Source: Candidatus Marinacidobacterium sp. (GTDB lineage: Bacteria; Acidobacteriota; Vicinamibacteria; Marinacidobacterales; Marinacidobacteraceae). Taken from it: a stretch of 64,000 bases of DNA. Where the stretch lies: contig OZ242011.1 in the NCBI GenBank assembly GCA_965204755.1, positions 2,816,001 through 2,880,000 of the forward strand, read 5' to 3'. A model generated the notes under the pieces. The model made no database searches and had not been told where the DNA came from. It worked only from the letters and a program-made list of their open reading frames with translations. The stretch's first letter is position 1. The number at the start of each line of letters is the position of its first letter. Shown one piece after another: positions 27,254-37,986 of the stretch. The translations under genes and the position numbers were made by a program.

Positions 27254-30200
27254 CTAACGGGTTTCCCGCGTCGCCGGGTCGAGGAAGTCGTTCCAGGCGA
27301 TGGCGCGCAGCGAACCCTTGGGGTGTTTCGCCAGCGCGGTGACCACCTGGCGCGCGAGGCGCGGGTCGGTGATCAGCGGGACCCCCCGGTCCACCGCGCG
27401 CCGCCGCACCCGGTAGCCGTCCGGACGCCCTTCCGGATCGAACCGCACCGGCACATTCACCACCAGGTCCACCCGTCCTTCGTCGATCAGGTCGAGCGCG
27501 CTCGGCGGGCCGCTTTCGAATCCTTCCCCGAGCGGCCGGTGCGCGACCGAGTGGACGCGGACGACTTCGGTGTTCGGGACGCCGTGCCGGTCGAGGATTT
27601 CGCTGGTGCCCGGCGTGGCGTAGATCCGGAGGCCGAGGTCCTTCACGATGCTCCGGGCGGCGTCCACGAACGCCTCCTTCCACCGGGGCGGGCCGAGCGA
27701 GAGCAGCACGCCGCGCCTCGGCCGGCGGAACCCGGTGGCGAACATGCCGTGCAGCAGCGCTTCGTGGAAGGAATCGCTCACGCACCCCACTTCGCCGGTG
27801 CTCGCCATCTCCACTCCGAGTATCGGGTCGGCGCCGCCGAGCCGGGAAAAGGAGAACTGCGGCACCTTGACGCCGACATGTTCGAAGTCGTAGTGGAGGC
27901 GGTGGGCCACTCCCGGATCTTCGCCGAGCATGATGCGGGTCGCCGCCCGCGCGTAGTTGCGTCCGGTGACCTTGGAGACGAACGGAAGGCTCCTCGACGC
28001 CCGGAGGTTGCACTCGATCACCTTGACCACGCCGTCCCGATACAGCATCTGGATGTTGCAGGGGCCGGTGATCCGCAGTTTCCGCGCGATCTCCTGCGCG
28101 GTCCGGCGCGCCTTCCCGAAGATGCGGAACGGCATGTCTTCCGGCGGCAGCACGAGCGTCGCGTCGCCGCTATGCACGCCGGCGTCTTCCACATGTTCGC
28201 TGAGCGCCCAGAGGACGACCTCGCCCCGGTTCGCCACCAGGTCGATTTCGATTTCCCGCGCGCCTTCCTCGAACCGGGAGATGACCACCGGATAGTCGGA
28301 CGAGATCGCCTTCGCCCGCTTCAGGATTCGCGCCAACTCGTTCGGCTCGTGCGCGACGGACATCGCCGTGCCGCTGAGCACATAACTGGGCCGGACGATG
28401 ACCGGGTAGCCGCCGAGCGTTTCCACGATCCGTTCGGCGTCGCCTTCGTCGGTCACCTGCGTCCACTTCGGCTGGTCCACCCCGATCTCTTCGAGCAGCG
28501 CGCTGAACCGGTGCCGGTCTTCCGCGCGGTCGATGTCTTCCGCCGCGGTGCCGAGTATGGGTATGCCGGCTTCGTGGAGGCGCATGGCGATGCGGTTCGG
28601 GATCTGTCCGCCCATGCTCACCACCACGCCGTCCGGGTTCTCCCGCTCGCACAGGTCGAGGACGGACTCGACGCTGATCTCGTCGAAGACCAGCCGGTCG
28701 CAGATGTCGTAGTCCGTGCTGACCGTTTCCGGGTTGTAGTTGAGCATCAGCGTTTCGCAGCCGAGTTCCTTGGCGGCCTCGACGGCGTTCACGCAGCACC
28801 AGTCGAACTCCACCGAGGAGCCGATGCGATAGACGCCGGACCCGATCACCAGGATGCGCCGGCGCCGTCCGGCGGGCGCGGCCGCCGGATCTTCGATGCG
28901 CCCTTCCTCGAGCGCGAGCCGGCGCCGCCGCCGGGAGGCCGCCTCGATCTCCTCGTCCTCGGCGGCGTGGTAGGTCGTGTAGAGGTAGTTGGTCTGCGCG
29001 GGGAACTCGGCGGCCAGCGTGTCGATCCGGGCGACCTTGGGGCGGATGCCGAACGCCGCCCGCTCCCGGTGCGTGGCGCCCCGTTTCCTCGCGGTGAGCG
29101 CGTCGAGCGCCTCGTCGGAGAAACCGAGTTTCTTGGCGTCCGCCAGGGCGGCGCGCGAGAACCGGAACGGCCTGGCGCGCCCGGCGTGTTCGATCTCCCG
29201 CTCCGCCTCGACGATCCGGGCGACCCCGTTCAGGAACCAGCGGTCGATCCGGGTGAGCGCGTGGGCCTTCTCGATCGCCGGTTCGAGGCTCCCGGAGTCC
29301 AATGCCCTCCGGAGGAAGCGGGCGAGGGCGAACACCCGCCGGGGGGTGGCGTTCGCGAGTTCGTCTTCGAGATCATCGAACGAGAACGCGCTCGAATCGA
29401 GCCCGCTGACGCCCACATCGAGCATCCGCAGCGCCTTTTGCAGGACCTCCGGGAAAGTGCGCCCGATGGCCATCACCTCCCCGACGCTCTTCATCTCGCT
29501 GCCGATCCGGTTGCCGGCGTCCTGGAACTTCGCCAGGTCCCAGCGCGGCGCCTTCAGCGTGAGGTAGTCGAGCGCCGGCTCGAAGAACGCGGTGGTTACG
29601 CCGGTGATGTTGTTCTTGAGTTCCGGAAGCGTGAATCCCAGACTGAGTTTCGCCGCGACATAGGCGAGCGGGTAGCCGGTGGCCTTGCTCGCGAGCGCGG
29701 AGGAGCGGGACAGCCGGGCGTTCACCTCGATGACCCGGTAGTCGGTCCCGTTCGGGTCGAGCGCGAACTGCACATTGCATTCCCCGACGATGCCCAGGTG
29801 CTGGATCGTGCGGATGGACACCGTGCGCAGCAGTTGGTATTCCTCGTCGTTCAGCGTCTGCGAAGGGGCGACGACGATGGACTCGCCGGTATGGATACCC
29901 ATCGGGTCCATGTTCTCCATGTTGCAGACGGTGATGCAGTTGTTCTCGCGGTCGCGGACGACTTCGTACTCGATCTCCTTCCAGCCGCGCAGCGACTCCT
30001 CGACCAGGAGTTGGCCGCCCACCCGGTCCTGCGCGGAGAAGAAGTCGGTGAGCGCGCGGTCGAGTTGCTCTTCGGTCTCGACGATGGCGCTGCCCCGGCC
30101 GCCGAGCGCGAATCCCGCGCGAAGCATGAGCGGCAGGCCGATCCCTTCCGCCGCCTTCTCCGCTTCGGCGCGGCTCCGGCAGGCGACGCTCCGCGCGGTC

Positions 30201-30607
30201 TTGACGCCGATCTCGGCGAGCCGCGCGTTGAACCTTCCGCGGTCCTCGGTATCCCGGATCGCGCTCAGCGGCGTGCCCAGCACCTGGATATGGAGTTCTC
30301 GGAAGTGGTCTTCGAGTTCGAGTCCGCAGTTGAGCGCGGTCTGCCCCCCGAACGAGAGGAGCACGCCGTCCACGCCCTCGGCGACGGCGGCCTGGCGGAC
30401 GAGGCCGGGCGTCACCGGGTTCAGGTACAGCCGGTCGGCCATGCCTTCGCTGGTCTGGATGGTGGCGATGTTGGGGTTGATGAGGACCGTGCGCACGCCG
30501 GACTCGGAGAGCGCCTTGATCGCCTGGGAGCCGGAATAGTCGAACTCGCCCGCCTGTCCGATCTTGAGCGCGCCGGAGCCGAGCACCAGCACCGAGCGGG
30601 GCCTCAT
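27254..30607 (-). CDS. carB: Carbamoyl-phosphate synthase large subunit
   Basis: GQAGEFDYSGSQA, duplicated ATP-grasp domains, IGSSVEFDWC, C-terminal MGS domain. Confidence 0.97.
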   Translation of the reverse strand: MRPRSVLVLGSGALKIGQAGEFDYSGSQAIKALSESGVRTVLINPNIATIQTSEGMADRLYLNPVTPGLVRQAAVAEGVDGVLLSFGGQTALNCGLELEDHFRELHIQVLGTPLSAIRDTEDRGRFNARLAEIGVKTARSVACRSRAEAEKAAEGIGLPLMLRAGFALGGRGSAIVETEEQLDRALTDFFSAQDRVGGQLLVEESLRGWKEIEYEVVRDRENNCITVCNMENMDPMGIHTGESIVVAPSQTLNDEEYQLLRTVSIRTIQHLGIVGECNVQFALDPNGTDYRVIEVNARLSRSSALASKATGYPLAYVAAKLSLGFTLPELKNNITGVTTAFFEPALDYLTLKAPRWDLAKFQDAGNRIGSEMKSVGEVMAIGRTFPEVLQKALRMLDVGVSGLDSSAFSFDDLEDELANATPRRVFALARFLRRALDSGSLEPAIEKAHALTRIDRWFLNGVARIVEAEREIEHAGRARPFRFSRAALADAKKLGFSDEALDALTARKRGATHRERAAFGIRPKVARIDTLAAEFPAQTNYLYTTYHAAEDEEIEAASRRRRRLALEEGRIEDPAAAPAGRRRRILVIGSGVYRIGSSVEFDWCCVNAVEAAKELGCETLMLNYNPETVSTDYDICDRLVFDEISVESVLDLCERENPDGVVVSMGGQIPNRIAMRLHEAGIPILGTAAEDIDRAEDRHRFSALLEEIGVDQPKWTQVTDEGDAERIVETLGGYPVIVRPSYVLSGTAMSVAHEPNELARILKRAKAISSDYPVVISRFEEGAREIEIDLVANRGEVVLWALSEHVEDAGVHSGDATLVLPPEDMPFRIFGKARRTAQEIARKLRITGPCNIQMLYRDGVVKVIECNLRASRSLPFVSKVTGRNYARAATRIMLGEDPGVAHRLHYDFEHVGVKVPQFSFSRLGGADPILGVEMASTGEVGCVSDSFHEALLHGMFATGFRRPRRGVLLSLGPPRWKEAFVDAARSIVKDLGLRIYATPGTSEILDRHGVPNTEVVRVHSVAHRPLGEGFESGPPSALDLIDEGRVDLVVNVPVRFDPEGRPDGYRVRRRAVDRGVPLITDPRLARQVVTALAKHPKGSLRAIAWNDFLDPATRETR

Positions 30608-30617
30608 CGAACGCCCC

Positions 30618-31745
30618 TCAGCGTTTGCGGCATTCGGCCACGAACTCGTCGAACAGGTAACCGGTGTCCTGCGGCCCGGGGCTCGCTTCGGGGTGGAACT
30701 GGATGCTGCGGAACGGTTTGTCTTCCGATCGCAGTCCTTCGTTCGTCCCGTCGTTCAGGTTGCGGAACCACGGACTCCAGCCGGCGGGAAGACTGGACTC
30801 GTCCACCGCGTACCCATGGTTCTGGCTGGTGATGAACGACCGGCCGCTGACCAGGTCCCGCACCGGCTGGTTCACGCCCCGGTGTCCGTACGGCAGTTTG
30901 AAGGTGCGGGCGCCGGCGGCGAGCGAGAGCAACTGGTTCCCGAGACAGATCCCGAAGATCGGCCCCTCGAACCACTCCATGACCTTGCGCAGCCGCCGGG
31001 CGAGGTCGGCGAGGTCCTGCGGGTCCCCGGGGCCGTTCCCCACCACGATCCCCGCGGCCTCCCGGGCGGCGTCGCCGAGCGGGCCGAGGCCGGAGACCCG
31101 GTGGACGACCGCGCCGCGCGCGAGCAGCGACCGAACGATGTTGTCCTTGGCGCCCACATCCACGAGCAGCACTTCCGGGCCGTCCTCGCCGTAGCGCACC
31201 GGGGCCGGCGGAACGACCTGCTCGAACACCTCCCGGCTCATCTCCACCGAGTCGGCCCGGCGTCCGGCCCGCTTCGGCCGGAGCCGCTCCGGGGCCAGCA
31301 CGCCGGGCATCGTCCCCGACTCCCGGAGCCGCAGGGTGAGCGCCCGGGTGTCCACGCCTTCGATCCCCGGCACGCCCTCCTCGGCGAGCCAGTCGGAGAG
31401 CGACCGCCGCCCGGCGTGGTGGCTGAAGCCCGGCTCGTGCCGCTGCACCACCAGCCCCTGGACCTGGATGCGCCCGGACTCGAACGGCCCGGCGATGGAG
31501 CCCTCCGGGCGGGGGGGCGGCACGCCGTAGTTGCCCTGGAGCGGGTAGGTGAGGACCAGGATCTGGCCCCGGTAGGAAGGATCGGTCAGGGTCTCCACAT
31601 AGCCGGACATGCCGGTGTTGAACACCACTTCGCCGGCGACCACGCGGTCCCGGGCGCCGAAGGGGGCGCCGAGGAATTCCCCGCCGTCCTCGAGGTCGAG
31701 CCGCATCCGGCTTCGCGCCGGAGACCGCTCCGCTTCCGAACTCAA
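30618..31745 (-). CDS. carA: Carbamoyl-phosphate synthase small subunit
   Basis: GEVVFNTGMSGY.E.LTDPSY, GICLG, SQNHG, QFHPEASPGP. Confidence 0.97.
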   Translation of the reverse strand: MSSEAERSPARSRMRLDLEDGGEFLGAPFGARDRVVAGEVVFNTGMSGYVETLTDPSYRGQILVLTYPLQGNYGVPPPRPEGSIAGPFESGRIQVQGLVVQRHEPGFSHHAGRRSLSDWLAEEGVPGIEGVDTRALTLRLRESGTMPGVLAPERLRPKRAGRRADSVEMSREVFEQVVPPAPVRYGEDGPEVLLVDVGAKDNIVRSLLARGAVVHRVSGLGPLGDAAREAAGIVVGNGPGDPQDLADLARRLRKVMEWFEGPIFGICLGNQLLSLAAGARTFKLPYGHRGVNQPVRDLVSGRSFITSQNHGYAVDESSLPAGWSPWFRNLNDGTNEGLRSEDKPFRSIQFHPEASPGPQDTGYLFDEFVAECRKR

Positions 31746-31942
31746 ATCGGGCCGGAATTCTATCAGCCCTCCCGCCGGGGGCGCGCATCGAAGCCGGACG
31801 CTTTGCGGTGTCTCCCGCGCGCCCGCCGGCCCCTATAATGGGCGGCGTCCGAGGCCGCGGCCGGCGGCCGCCGGGACGCCTCCTTCTCCAGCCGCTCGGC
31901 GGCGGCGCCTTCCCGATTTCTCCTCCCGGAGTCGAACGCAGT

Positions 31943-33295
31943 TTGAATCGCACGATCCTCGAATCCGTCCACCGGCGCCGTCCGCCCCGGGCCGGGGCCG
32001 GGGCGAGCCCGTTCGCGGCTCTCCCGAGTCTCCTTCCGGCGGCCCTGCTCGTCCTCGGCATTCCGGCGGCGACCGCCGCTTCGCCGGCGCCGCCGACCGG
32101 CTGGTTCGCGGCTTCCGCGCCCGCCGGCGAAGGCGAGCGGTGGGGCGAGCGCTGGTACGAGCCCGCCTCCGGGCTCACCATGGCCTCGTTCGGCCGGCCG
32201 GGCGCCTCGGCCGCCGGCCCGGTTCAGGGAATGGGCGCGACGCCGCCGTCCCTCCACTTCAGCGCCTCCGGGACCTACAGTTTCTCCTCGGCGCGGGTCA
32301 CCGTGGACGCGCGGGTCGCGGAGGGGTCGGAGTTGACGGTCCGGCTGACCGATCCGTCCGGCGGGACCGAGACGCTCTCGATAGAGCCGGGCGGCAGCGG
32401 CGCGATCCGCCGCCACACCTGGGTGGGGCAGTTGACCGAGGCCGGACAGTACCGGGTGGAGGCGACGCTCGAGGGCCCGAACCAGGACCGCTGGACGGAC
32501 AGCGAGACCCTGACGCTCGACGCCGGCGAGCCCTCCTGTTCCGTTTCCGTCTCCGTCCCGGAGGGCCCCACCGAGTGGTGGCTCACCGAGATCACGGCGA
32601 ATGTCTGCGAGAGTTCCGCCGCGACCGGCGACCTCGCGACCGCCTATGTGGTCGTCGAGCGCGACGGCGTCCGCATCGCCTCGATGGACATGTCGGACGC
32701 CTGCGAGCGCTCCTTCTTCATCCCCGAGGGCGGTGACTATGTGGCGAGCGCGGAGATCCACGACGACCGCGGCGTCTCCGCGACCTGCTCCAGCAGCGAT
32801 GTCGGCGTCGATGAGCGGTATCCGCGCGCCTGGCTGACGCTGGACCTGGCCGGCGGCGCGCTCCGCTCGTCGCGCGAGGACATCGTCGACGCTCCGGCCA
32901 CCGCCGCGCTCGGCGGGGGCGGCCTCGGCCTGACGGTGCCCTTCCGCTCCGGGCCGGGCGGCTCGCTCGCGTTCTCGGCCCGGGTCGCCGGCGGGCGCGC
33001 CCACCGGAACTGGCTCGGCGCCGCGGCGGACGCCGCCCTGACCTACCAGGGCCGCGCCGGATTCCTCGGCTTCGGGGGCGGACTCTGGGGCATCGGCGAT
33101 CCGGAACTGGTGGATGTCGGCGTCTTCGGCACCGGCGGGATCAACCTGCCGGGCGGCCCGCTGGCCGGCCCCACCCAGTTGTTCGTCGAGGGGAGGCTGT
33201 TCGCCAAGCACTTCGACGACTGGCGCAACAACTACTCGGTGCTGGGCGGGCTCCGGTTCAACTTCAAGCCCCACCACCGACTCCGGCGCCGCTGA
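31943..33295 (+). CDS. Secreted protein with Ig-like segments and a C-terminal outer-membrane beta-barrel-like region
   Basis: Signal-like hydrophobic stretch, Cys pairs, C-terminal strands (FVEGRLF...GGLRFNF); TATAAT at 31834-31839; start uncertain. Confidence 0.6.
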   Translation: MNRTILESVHRRRPPRAGAGASPFAALPSLLPAALLVLGIPAATAASPAPPTGWFAASAPAGEGERWGERWYEPASGLTMASFGRPGASAAGPVQGMGATPPSLHFSASGTYSFSSARVTVDARVAEGSELTVRLTDPSGGTETLSIEPGGSGAIRRHTWVGQLTEAGQYRVEATLEGPNQDRWTDSETLTLDAGEPSCSVSVSVPEGPTEWWLTEITANVCESSAATGDLATAYVVVERDGVRIASMDMSDACERSFFIPEGGDYVASAEIHDDRGVSATCSSSDVGVDERYPRAWLTLDLAGGALRSSREDIVDAPATAALGGGGLGLTVPFRSGPGGSLAFSARVAGGRAHRNWLGAAADAALTYQGRAGFLGFGGGLWGIGDPELVDVGVFGTGGINLPGGPLAGPTQLFVEGRLFAKHFDDWRNNYSVLGGLRFNFKPHHRLRRR

Positions 33296-33528
33296 CAACC
33301 CGCGGGAAAAGCGCCCCGCCCTCGGCTCCTCGACCGGAGGGCGCGGAGTCCCTGTCGGGTTTTCGGGCGGAGCGCTCTTCCCGCGGGCCGGCGGCGCGAA
33401 TCGTTGCGCGATTCGCCCTGCCGACTATCGCGGCGAGGGGGACACCCACTCCCCGCACCCCTCCCCACACTCCTCCCCGGTCGACGCTTCGCGCCGACGG
33501 GGGCTCTCCGGACTTTCTCCACGGGCTG
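33296..33528. mobile_element. MITE copy C (233 bp, small internal duplication)
   Basis: Begins right after the TGA of the preceding gene; ends CTTTCTCCACGGGCTG. Confidence 0.82.
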
Positions 33529-33532
33529 TCGG

Positions 33533-33754
33533 CAGGCCGCGGAAAGAGCGCCCCGCCCTCGGCTCCTCGAACCGGAGGGCGCGGAGTCCCCGTCGGGTTT
33601 TCGGGCGGAGCGCTCTTCCCGCGGGCCGGCGGCGCGAATCGCTGCGCGGTTCCCCCCGCCGACTATCGCGGCGAGGGGGACACCCGCCCCCCGCACTCCT
33701 CCCCGGTCGGCGTCTCGCGCCGACGGGCGCTCCCCGGACTTTTGCCACCGGCTG
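33533..33754. mobile_element. MITE copy D (222 bp), tandem to copy C
   Basis: CAGGCCGCGGAAAGAG...CTTTTGCCACCGGCTG, degenerate TIRs; same internal hairpins. Confidence 0.8.
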
Positions 33755-33972
33755 TGATCGTCCGCGCCGGGGGCGCCGGCGTTTCGCCGACCGCTTCGGG
33801 CTGTTTGGCCGGAAGCGCCGGACTTCGGCCGGACTTCGCCGGTCCGGTGAGATGCCGGCCACGACTCCGTTCCGGCTCGCCGGCCGGGCCTCGCGGCCGC
33901 TCGATCCCGCGCTGCGGCCCGTCCCCGCGCTGACGGCCGCTCTCGGCGCCGCGCCTTCGAGGCCCGTGTCCC

Positions 33973-34245
33973 GTGCCGGTTCCCGCCGGTCGTAGCCGCC
34001 CCGTCGGGCGGCTCGCGGCGCTCCCGGCAGTCGTCGTCGCGCTCCACCTCGCGGGGTCGCTCGCGCCGGCGGAGCCGCGCCTGCTCGGCGTCCCGCTCGG
34101 CCTCGCGCTCCAACTCGGCGTGGTGGCGGCGTCCACCGCGGCGCTGTGGCTGATCGCCCGCCGGGTGCTCCCGGAGCGGGAACCGGGCCGACGGGAAACG
34201 GGCGCGGCCGAGGAAGGCCCCCCGGGGGAGGGGCCGGCCGCTTGA
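33973..34245 (+). CDS. Small 2-TM membrane protein, probable symporter accessory subunit
   Basis: Two hydrophobic helices, LLGVPLGL motif; TTGA overlap with the SSS gene. Confidence 0.55.
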   Translation: MPVPAGRSRPVGRLAALPAVVVALHLAGSLAPAEPRLLGVPLGLALQLGVVAASTAALWLIARRVLPEREPGRRETGAAEEGPPGEGPAA

Positions 34246-35774
34246 CCCTCGCCGTCGTCGGCCTGTACCTGGCCGTTGTCATCGCGATCGGGGTCGCCGC
34301 CCGCCGGCGGGGCGCGGCGCCGGCCACCGCGTCGGCCCGGAGCGATGCCTACTTCCTCGCCGGCCGCTCCATCGGCCCGTTCGTCCTGTTGATGACGCTC
34401 TTCGGGACGAACATGACGGCGTTCACCATACTCGGCGCTTCGGGCGAAGCGCACCGACAGGGCGTGCGGGTCTTCGCGCTGATGGCGACCAGTTCGACGA
34501 TCGTCATACCCCTCACTTTCCTGGTGATCGGCGCCCCGCTGTGGCGCCTCGGCAAGCGATACGGCTTCACCACGCAGGCCGAGTTCCTCGGCGCGCGGTA
34601 CGGCTCGTCCGCGCTCGGTCTGCTGGTGCTGGGCGCGTCGCTCCTCTGGCTCACGCCGTATGTGCTCATCGGGGTGAAAGGGGGCGGAGACGCGCTGGCG
34701 GCGATCGCCGGCCCCGCGGTTTCGCTTCCCCCCTGGCTCGGAAGCGCGTTGATGTGTCTCGTGGTGCTGCTCTATGTGGTGCTCGGGGGTATGCGGAGCA
34801 CTGCGCTGGTCAATACCTTCCAGACGCTCGTCTTCCTGGGGGTGAGCGCGCTCGCCTTCGTCGTCATCACCCGGGGGCTCGGGGGCTTCGGCCCTGCGAT
34901 GGCGCGCCTCGCCGCGGAACAGCCCGACCTGCTGGAGATCGCGGGATCGCGCCGGGAATGGATCCGGATCGCGACTTACCTCTTCGTCCCGCTTTCGACT
35001 TCCTGTTTCCCCCACATCTTCAGCCATTGGATGTCCGCGCGCTCCGCCTCGGCGTTCCGTCTGCCGGTGCTCGCGTACCCGGCGTGCATCGCGGCGGTGT
35101 GGTTTCCCTGCGTCGTCCTCGGCGCGCTCGGCCGGCTCGAAGTGGCGCCGGGCGCTCCCGGGCCGGTCATCATCCTCCTGATCCAGGAGCACGCCGGCAG
35201 TCTGCTCGCCGGCTGTCTCGCCGCCGGCGTCTTCGCCGCCATCATGTCCTCGCTGGATTCGCAGACCCTGGTGATGGGGACGATGCTCACCAAGGACGCC
35301 GCGTCCCGCGTCCCGGCCCTGGCGCGGTGGACCTCCGCGCGTCCGGCGGTCGCCGGCCGGCTGTTCGTCGCGCTCTTCCTCGCGCTGGTCTTCGTCCTGA
35401 GCCTGTCGGCGAGCCAGACCGTGTTCAGTCTGGGGGTATGGGCGCTCTCCGGGTACTCCACGCTCTTCCCGGTCCTGTTCGCTTCGCTCTACTGGCGGCG
35501 GAGCACCGCTTCCGGCGCGGCGGCCGCCGTCCTCACCGGGGCCGCGATCTGGGGCCTGTGCTTCCTCTCCGCCGGAGGCGCTCCGGGCTGGACGCTCGGC
35601 GGGACCGGGGTCGAGCCGGCGGCGGCCATCGTCGTCGGTTCCGCGCTGGCGCTGGTGGCGGTCTCGCGCCTCACCCGGCCGCCGGAGGCGGAGCGGCTGG
35701 CGCGCTTCTTTCCCTCCGGCGGTTCCGCCGCGGACGGGCGGGGCGCCCGGGCGCCCGCCGGGTACGATTCCTGA
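34242..35774 (+). CDS. Sodium:solute symporter family protein
   Basis: YFLAGRSIGP, GGMRS...NTFQ, AAIMSSLDSQ; about 13 TM helices. Confidence 0.92.
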   Translation: MTLAVVGLYLAVVIAIGVAARRRGAAPATASARSDAYFLAGRSIGPFVLLMTLFGTNMTAFTILGASGEAHRQGVRVFALMATSSTIVIPLTFLVIGAPLWRLGKRYGFTTQAEFLGARYGSSALGLLVLGASLLWLTPYVLIGVKGGGDALAAIAGPAVSLPPWLGSALMCLVVLLYVVLGGMRSTALVNTFQTLVFLGVSALAFVVITRGLGGFGPAMARLAAEQPDLLEIAGSRREWIRIATYLFVPLSTSCFPHIFSHWMSARSASAFRLPVLAYPACIAAVWFPCVVLGALGRLEVAPGAPGPVIILLIQEHAGSLLAGCLAAGVFAAIMSSLDSQTLVMGTMLTKDAASRVPALARWTSARPAVAGRLFVALFLALVFVLSLSASQTVFSLGVWALSGYSTLFPVLFASLYWRRSTASGAAAAVLTGAAIWGLCFLSAGGAPGWTLGGTGVEPAAAIVVGSALALVAVSRLTRPPEAERLARFFPSGGSAADGRGARAPAGYDS

Positions 35775-35775
35775 G

Positions 35776-36858
35776 ATGGTTTGGCGCGTCTTCGGGCCGG
35801 TTCCCGCAACTCTTCTCGCCGCCGGGCTCGTCCTTCCCCGCGCCGGCCACGCGCAGCCGAACGAAACGACGCCCGGCGAACGCGTCTTCCACACCTTCTC
35901 CATCGCCGCGGTGGACCGGGACACCGGGGAAGTCGGCGTCGCCGTGACCACCCGCAACCCCTGCGTGGGGAACGGCGTGCCCTGGGTGCGCGTCGGCGTC
36001 GGCGCGGTGGCCACCCAGGCGCGCACCCGGACGGCTTACGGCGCGGAACTGCTCGACCTGCTGGCCGCCGGACGGACGCCGGAGGAAGCCCTCGCCGAAC
36101 GCCTGGCCGAGGACGAAGGTAGGCCCCACCGCCAAGTGGGCGTCGTCGCCCTCGCCGGCGGCGCCGCGCAGCACACCGGTTCGGAGGCCCGCGACTGGGC
36201 CGGGCACCGCGCCGGCCCCGACTACGCCGCCCAGGGCAACCTGCTCGTCGGCCCGGAAGTCGTGGACGCGGTGGCCGAGGACTTCGAGCGGACCCGGGGC
36301 GGGGGACTGTCGCTGGCGGACCGCCTGGTGTCCGCGCTCGAGGCGGGCCAAGCCGCCGGCGGGGACGCCCGGCGCGGCCGCCGGCAGTCGGCGGCGGTGC
36401 TGGTCGCCGACCCGCGCCCGGAAGGCGCCCGCCGCGCGGACGGGCTCTCGACCCACATCAATGTCTGCGAGCACGAGACCCCGGTCGCCGAACTGCGCCG
36501 CATCCACGACGCGGTGAGCCAGAAACTCGGTTACCGCGCGCTCTCGCTGTTCGCCGGAGCGGATGTGCTCCAGTTGCGGCTGTTGCTCGAAGAAGCCGGT
36601 TGCGGCGACCCCCCGCCGCTCGGCGAGCCGGACGGGGACGGCGGTTACGACCCGGCGCTTCGCGTCTTCGATCCGCCGCTCGCCGACGCGGTGGACCGCT
36701 GCCGGGAATCCCTCGGCCTCTCGACCCCGGCGAACGGCTCGCCGCCGGGCCTGGCCGACGAGGAGTTCCTTTCCTTGGTCTGGGCCGGCGTCGAGGAGGC
36801 GGGTCGGGGCGACGCGCTGCGCGCGAGGCTGGCCCCGCTCCGCCGGATCACTCGCTGA
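35776..36858 (+). CDS. DUF1028 family Ntn-hydrolase-like protein
   Basis: [38 protein letters not shown]. Confidence 0.88.
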   Translation: MVWRVFGPVPATLLAAGLVLPRAGHAQPNETTPGERVFHTFSIAAVDRDTGEVGVAVTTRNPCVGNGVPWVRVGVGAVATQARTRTAYGAELLDLLAAGRTPEEALAERLAEDEGRPHRQVGVVALAGGAAQHTGSEARDWAGHRAGPDYAAQGNLLVGPEVVDAVAEDFERTRGGGLSLADRLVSALEAGQAAGGDARRGRRQSAAVLVADPRPEGARRADGLSTHINVCEHETPVAELRRIHDAVSQKLGYRALSLFAGADVLQLRLLLEEAGCGDPPPLGEPDGDGGYDPALRVFDPPLADAVDRCRESLGLSTPANGSPPGLADEEFLSLVWAGVEEAGRGDALRARLAPLRRITR

Positions 36859-36881
36859 CTGCGCCCGCGCCGAGCCGACCG

Positions 36882-37961
36882 ATGCCCCCGACCGCCGCCG
36901 GACGCCCGGTCCGCATAGACCTCCGCTCCGACACGGTCACCCGGCCCACGCCGGCGATGCGGGAGGCGATGGCGGCGGCGGAAGTCGGCGACGATGTGTA
37001 CGGCGACGACCCCACGGTCGCCCGCTTGGAGGAGTGCACCGCGGAAGTTCTGGGCAAGGAGGCGGCCCTGTTCACGCCCACCGGGACGATGAGCAACCAG
37101 GTCGCGATCCGCTGCCACACCGAACCCGGCGACTCGGTCCTCGCGGAGCGCCACGCCCACGCTTGGCTGGTCGAGAGCGGCGCTCCGGCGGCGCTCTCCG
37201 GCGTCACCGTCGTCGGCCTCGACGGCGAGCGGGGGGCGTTCCGTGGCGGACCGGTGCGGGCCGCGTTCCGCGAGCCGCACCCGATGGTTCCGGCGGCGTG
37301 CTACCCGCCGCCGCGGCTGGTGCTGGCGGAGAACACCCACAACTTCGCCGGCGGCGCCGTGTGGCCGCTCCCCCGGCTCCGCGAGATGACCGGCGCGGCG
37401 CAGGACCTCGGCCTCGCTACCCACCTCGACGGCGCCCGCCTCTGGCACGCCGCGGCGAAGACCGGCGTCCCCGAGGCGGAACTCGCCGCCGGCTTCGACA
37501 CGGTGAGCGTCTGCTTCTCGAAGGCGCTGGGCGCGCCGATGGGCTCCTGCCTCGCCGGTTCGGCCGCGGTGGTCGCCCGCGCCCGCCGCTTCCGCCAGCA
37601 GTTCGGCGGGGGCTTCCGGCAGGCGGGAATCCTGGCCGCCGGCGCCCTCCACGCCCTCGAACACCACCGCGAGCGCCTCGCCGACGATCATCGCCGCGCG
37701 CGAACGCTGGCGGAAGGCCTGTCCGCCCTGCCCGGCATCCTCCTCGATACGGAGGAGGTGGAGACCAACATCGTGCGCTTCCGCACCGAAGGCGTGAACG
37801 CCTATCGTTTGGCCGAACGCCTCCTCGACCGCGAAGTCGCCGTCCTGCCCGGTTCCGAAACCGCGATGCGCGTCATCCCCCACCTCGACATCGCCGACGG
37901 CGATGTGGAGGAGGCCCTCGCCGCGTTCGAGTCCGCCCTGACCGCCGCCGCCGCGGCCTGA
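36882..37961 (+). CDS. ltaE: Low-specificity L-threonine aldolase
   Basis: [39 protein letters not shown]. Confidence 0.92.
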   Translation: MPPTAAGRPVRIDLRSDTVTRPTPAMREAMAAAEVGDDVYGDDPTVARLEECTAEVLGKEAALFTPTGTMSNQVAIRCHTEPGDSVLAERHAHAWLVESGAPAALSGVTVVGLDGERGAFRGGPVRAAFREPHPMVPAACYPPPRLVLAENTHNFAGGAVWPLPRLREMTGAAQDLGLATHLDGARLWHAAAKTGVPEAELAAGFDTVSVCFSKALGAPMGSCLAGSAAVVARARRFRQQFGGGFRQAGILAAGALHALEHHRERLADDHRRARTLAEGLSALPGILLDTEEVETNIVRFRTEGVNAYRLAERLLDREVAVLPGSETAMRVIPHLDIADGDVEEALAAFESALTAAAAA

Positions 37962-37986
37962 CGGGCCGCCCCCCGCGGCGCGCGGA

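Noticed and set aside
11232-30832. Very long Arg/Pro/Gly-rich ORFs (e.g. 11232-14255, 27143-30832, and the 5' part of 19670-23035)
   Set aside because: Antisense or alternate-frame shadows of real genes, expected at this GC content; no domain motifs.
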